Virus record (IMG/VR): IMGVR_UViG_3300031354_000004 | Location: 1 to 45,224 of that record | DNA length: 45,224 nt | Strand: one strand, 5' to 3' | From: a virus | Lineage: Duplodnaviria > Caudoviricetes | In this document: one piece after another, positions 44,085 through 45,224 of the stretch | Layout of the letters: the number at the start of each line of letters is the position of its first letter | Numbering within the stretch: the stretch's first letter is position 1 | Translations under genes and position numbers: made by a program | Notes under the pieces: generated by a model | Told to the model about the DNA's origin: nothing | Databases searched by the model: none | The model's input: the letters and a program-made list of their open reading frames with translations, nothing else

Positions 44085-44851
44085 ACAAACCTAAATATTG
44101 GGCATGTACATGCTGTTCAGAAAACTGTCTGTTAGTAACATCTGGAGAACTGCCCGCAGCTTGTATATTAGACCCAGACGATACCGATGAGGTCCCTTGG
44201 AGAGAAATTACCCGCGATGAATTCCAACGTCGAGACGACCTTGTAAATGACCCATCTTATATTGCCCAAACAATGGGCGATGTTCCTTTGAAAGAAACTC
44301 GAAAGCCGGAAGCAACTTTTTTAGATTATGTATTAACGTTGCAGGAGAGGCAATTCTCTAAAGTACGCCAGCGTGAGATGGCCGGATGGCCTAAAATACC
44401 AGAGGCTGACTTGAGAAGACACCTTGAACGCCCAGAGAAATTTTGGGCTGGTGTTGATCCGGCTGGTGAGGATGGGGATAGCCAGGTAGCAATTGATTAC
44501 GAATCTACGTTAAAGGATCACAGTTCTCGCTTTTTTGACCGCCTTACAAGAGAAGGCATACCTATAGTTACAAATTGGCCCACGCGTCAATGGATAGATA
44601 AAGAATACGAAGGTATGCTAGACGAGAGTGCTCAGCGGCTTGACCAGCATATTAATGCGGCAATTAACTCTAAATCTAGAGGCGTGGTGACTAAACGTTG
44701 GGCTGTTCCAGGGCTAGTTCTTAGTGATGAGATAAGATATGCTATAGACGAAGGTTTTGAGCAGATGTACAAAGCTTTTGAGACTAGCCGTATCAATTGG
44801 CTTATGCGAGACTGGCGACTAGAATTTATAGGCGAAGACCCTAACGACTAG
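44081..44851 (+). CDS. Hypothetical protein with Cys-rich N-terminus
   Basis: AAGGAG RBS; CTCC..C...C. Confidence 0.75.
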   Translation: MNKPKYWACTCCSENCLLVTSGELPAACILDPDDTDEVPWREITRDEFQRRDDLVNDPSYIAQTMGDVPLKETRKPEATFLDYVLTLQERQFSKVRQREMAGWPKIPEADLRRHLERPEKFWAGVDPAGEDGDSQVAIDYESTLKDHSSRFFDRLTREGIPIVTNWPTRQWIDKEYEGMLDESAQRLDQHINAAINSKSRGVVTKRWAVPGLVLSDEIRYAIDEGFEQMYKAFETSRINWLMRDWRLEFIGEDPND

Positions 44852-44854
44852 CAA

Positions 44855-44948
44855 GGGAAGGATAAGCTGAAACAGCAACGAAGCATAGAAACTCATAGTT
44901 AAGAGCGCTCGTGGCTATGTGGACACTGTTAGTAAGCTTATCCTTCTT
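44855..44948 (+). ncRNA. Rod-shaped structured RNA candidate upstream of the tRNA
   Basis: GAAGGATAAGCT(44857-44868)/AGCTTATCCTTC(44935-44946); AACAG/CTGTT; CATAGTTA/TGGCTATG. Confidence 0.5.
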
Positions 44949-44972
44949 CTGGTATTCATTAGGATACTAATT

Positions 44973-45055
44973 GGAGAGTTGGCAGAGTGGTTTAATGCGC
45001 CGGGCTTGAAAACCGGTGGCCTTTTGGCCCAAGGGTTCGAATCCCTTACTCTCTT
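44973..45055 (+). tRNA. tRNA-Ser (anticodon UGA)
   Basis: Acceptor GGAGAGT/ACTCTCT; D-arm GCAGAGTGGTTTAATGC; anticodon loop CT-TGA-AA; long variable arm GGCC-TTTT-GGCC; T-arm AAGGG-TTCGAAT-CCCTT; CCA not encoded. Confidence 0.92.
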
Positions 45056-45097
45056 CAGGTAGGCAACGACGATTTACCCTTTTAACGAGGAAAACAA

Positions 45098-45224
45098 AAT
45101 GAAAGTAGTCCAATGTATCTACTCACCAGCAAGGCCAGTTCTTTATAGCTTCTTCACAGACATAGATCTCGAACCCGGAGATATCGTGGCTGTAGAGTCA
45201 GGTGGGAAATTCAATCCTCTTGGA
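45098..45224. repeat. Terminal direct repeat, right copy (assembly overlap)
   Basis: Identical to 1..127. Confidence 0.95.

Noticed and set aside
44441-44495. FWAGVDPAGEDGDSQV resembles a terminase RNase H motif I
   Set aside because: Isolated short match with no other nuclease motifs; a complete TerL exists elsewhere
44973-45055. tRNA as an attP site of a temperate phage, or as a sign of stop-codon recoding
   Set aside because: No integrase found; anticodon UGA reads Ser UCA and is not a suppressor; genes are intact in the standard code with all three stop codons used

Overview
The window is a complete, circularly assembled dsDNA phage genome of about 45,097 bp. The first and last 127 nt are identical, which is typical of a k=127 assembly overlap. 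It looks like a podovirus and has two divergent arms. The + strand arm (37619 through the origin to about 15960) carries small early genes, a tRNA-Ser(UGA) and a replication/nucleotide module: Cas4-like nuclease, Sak4-like ATPase, DUF669 SSB, ParB-methyltransferase fusion, uracil-DNA-glycosylase-PolA fusion, DUF3987 ATPase, three all-alpha NTP pyrophosphatases and an NDT-like protein. The - strand arm (36475 to 15932) carries TerS, TerL, portal, scaffold, major capsid, tail adaptor/nozzle, two collar-domain fibres and three ejection-type proteins. I recognise no integrase, primase, endolysin, phage RNA polymerase or sigma54 activator. The most striking features are: (1) seven sigma54 (-24/-12)-type motifs on both strands of the divergent control region, including two head-to-head pairs; (2) a tRNA-shaped ncRNA whose D-loop and anticodon loop are replaced by large structured inserts, clamped by a 21-bp stem; (3) recurrent intergenic pseudoknots and long hairpins; (4) a five-copy Cys-rich domain family; and (5) a PolA with His at the 762-equivalent position beside a nucleotide-pool editing cluster. 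All protein calls come from motif recognition by eye, not from database searches.
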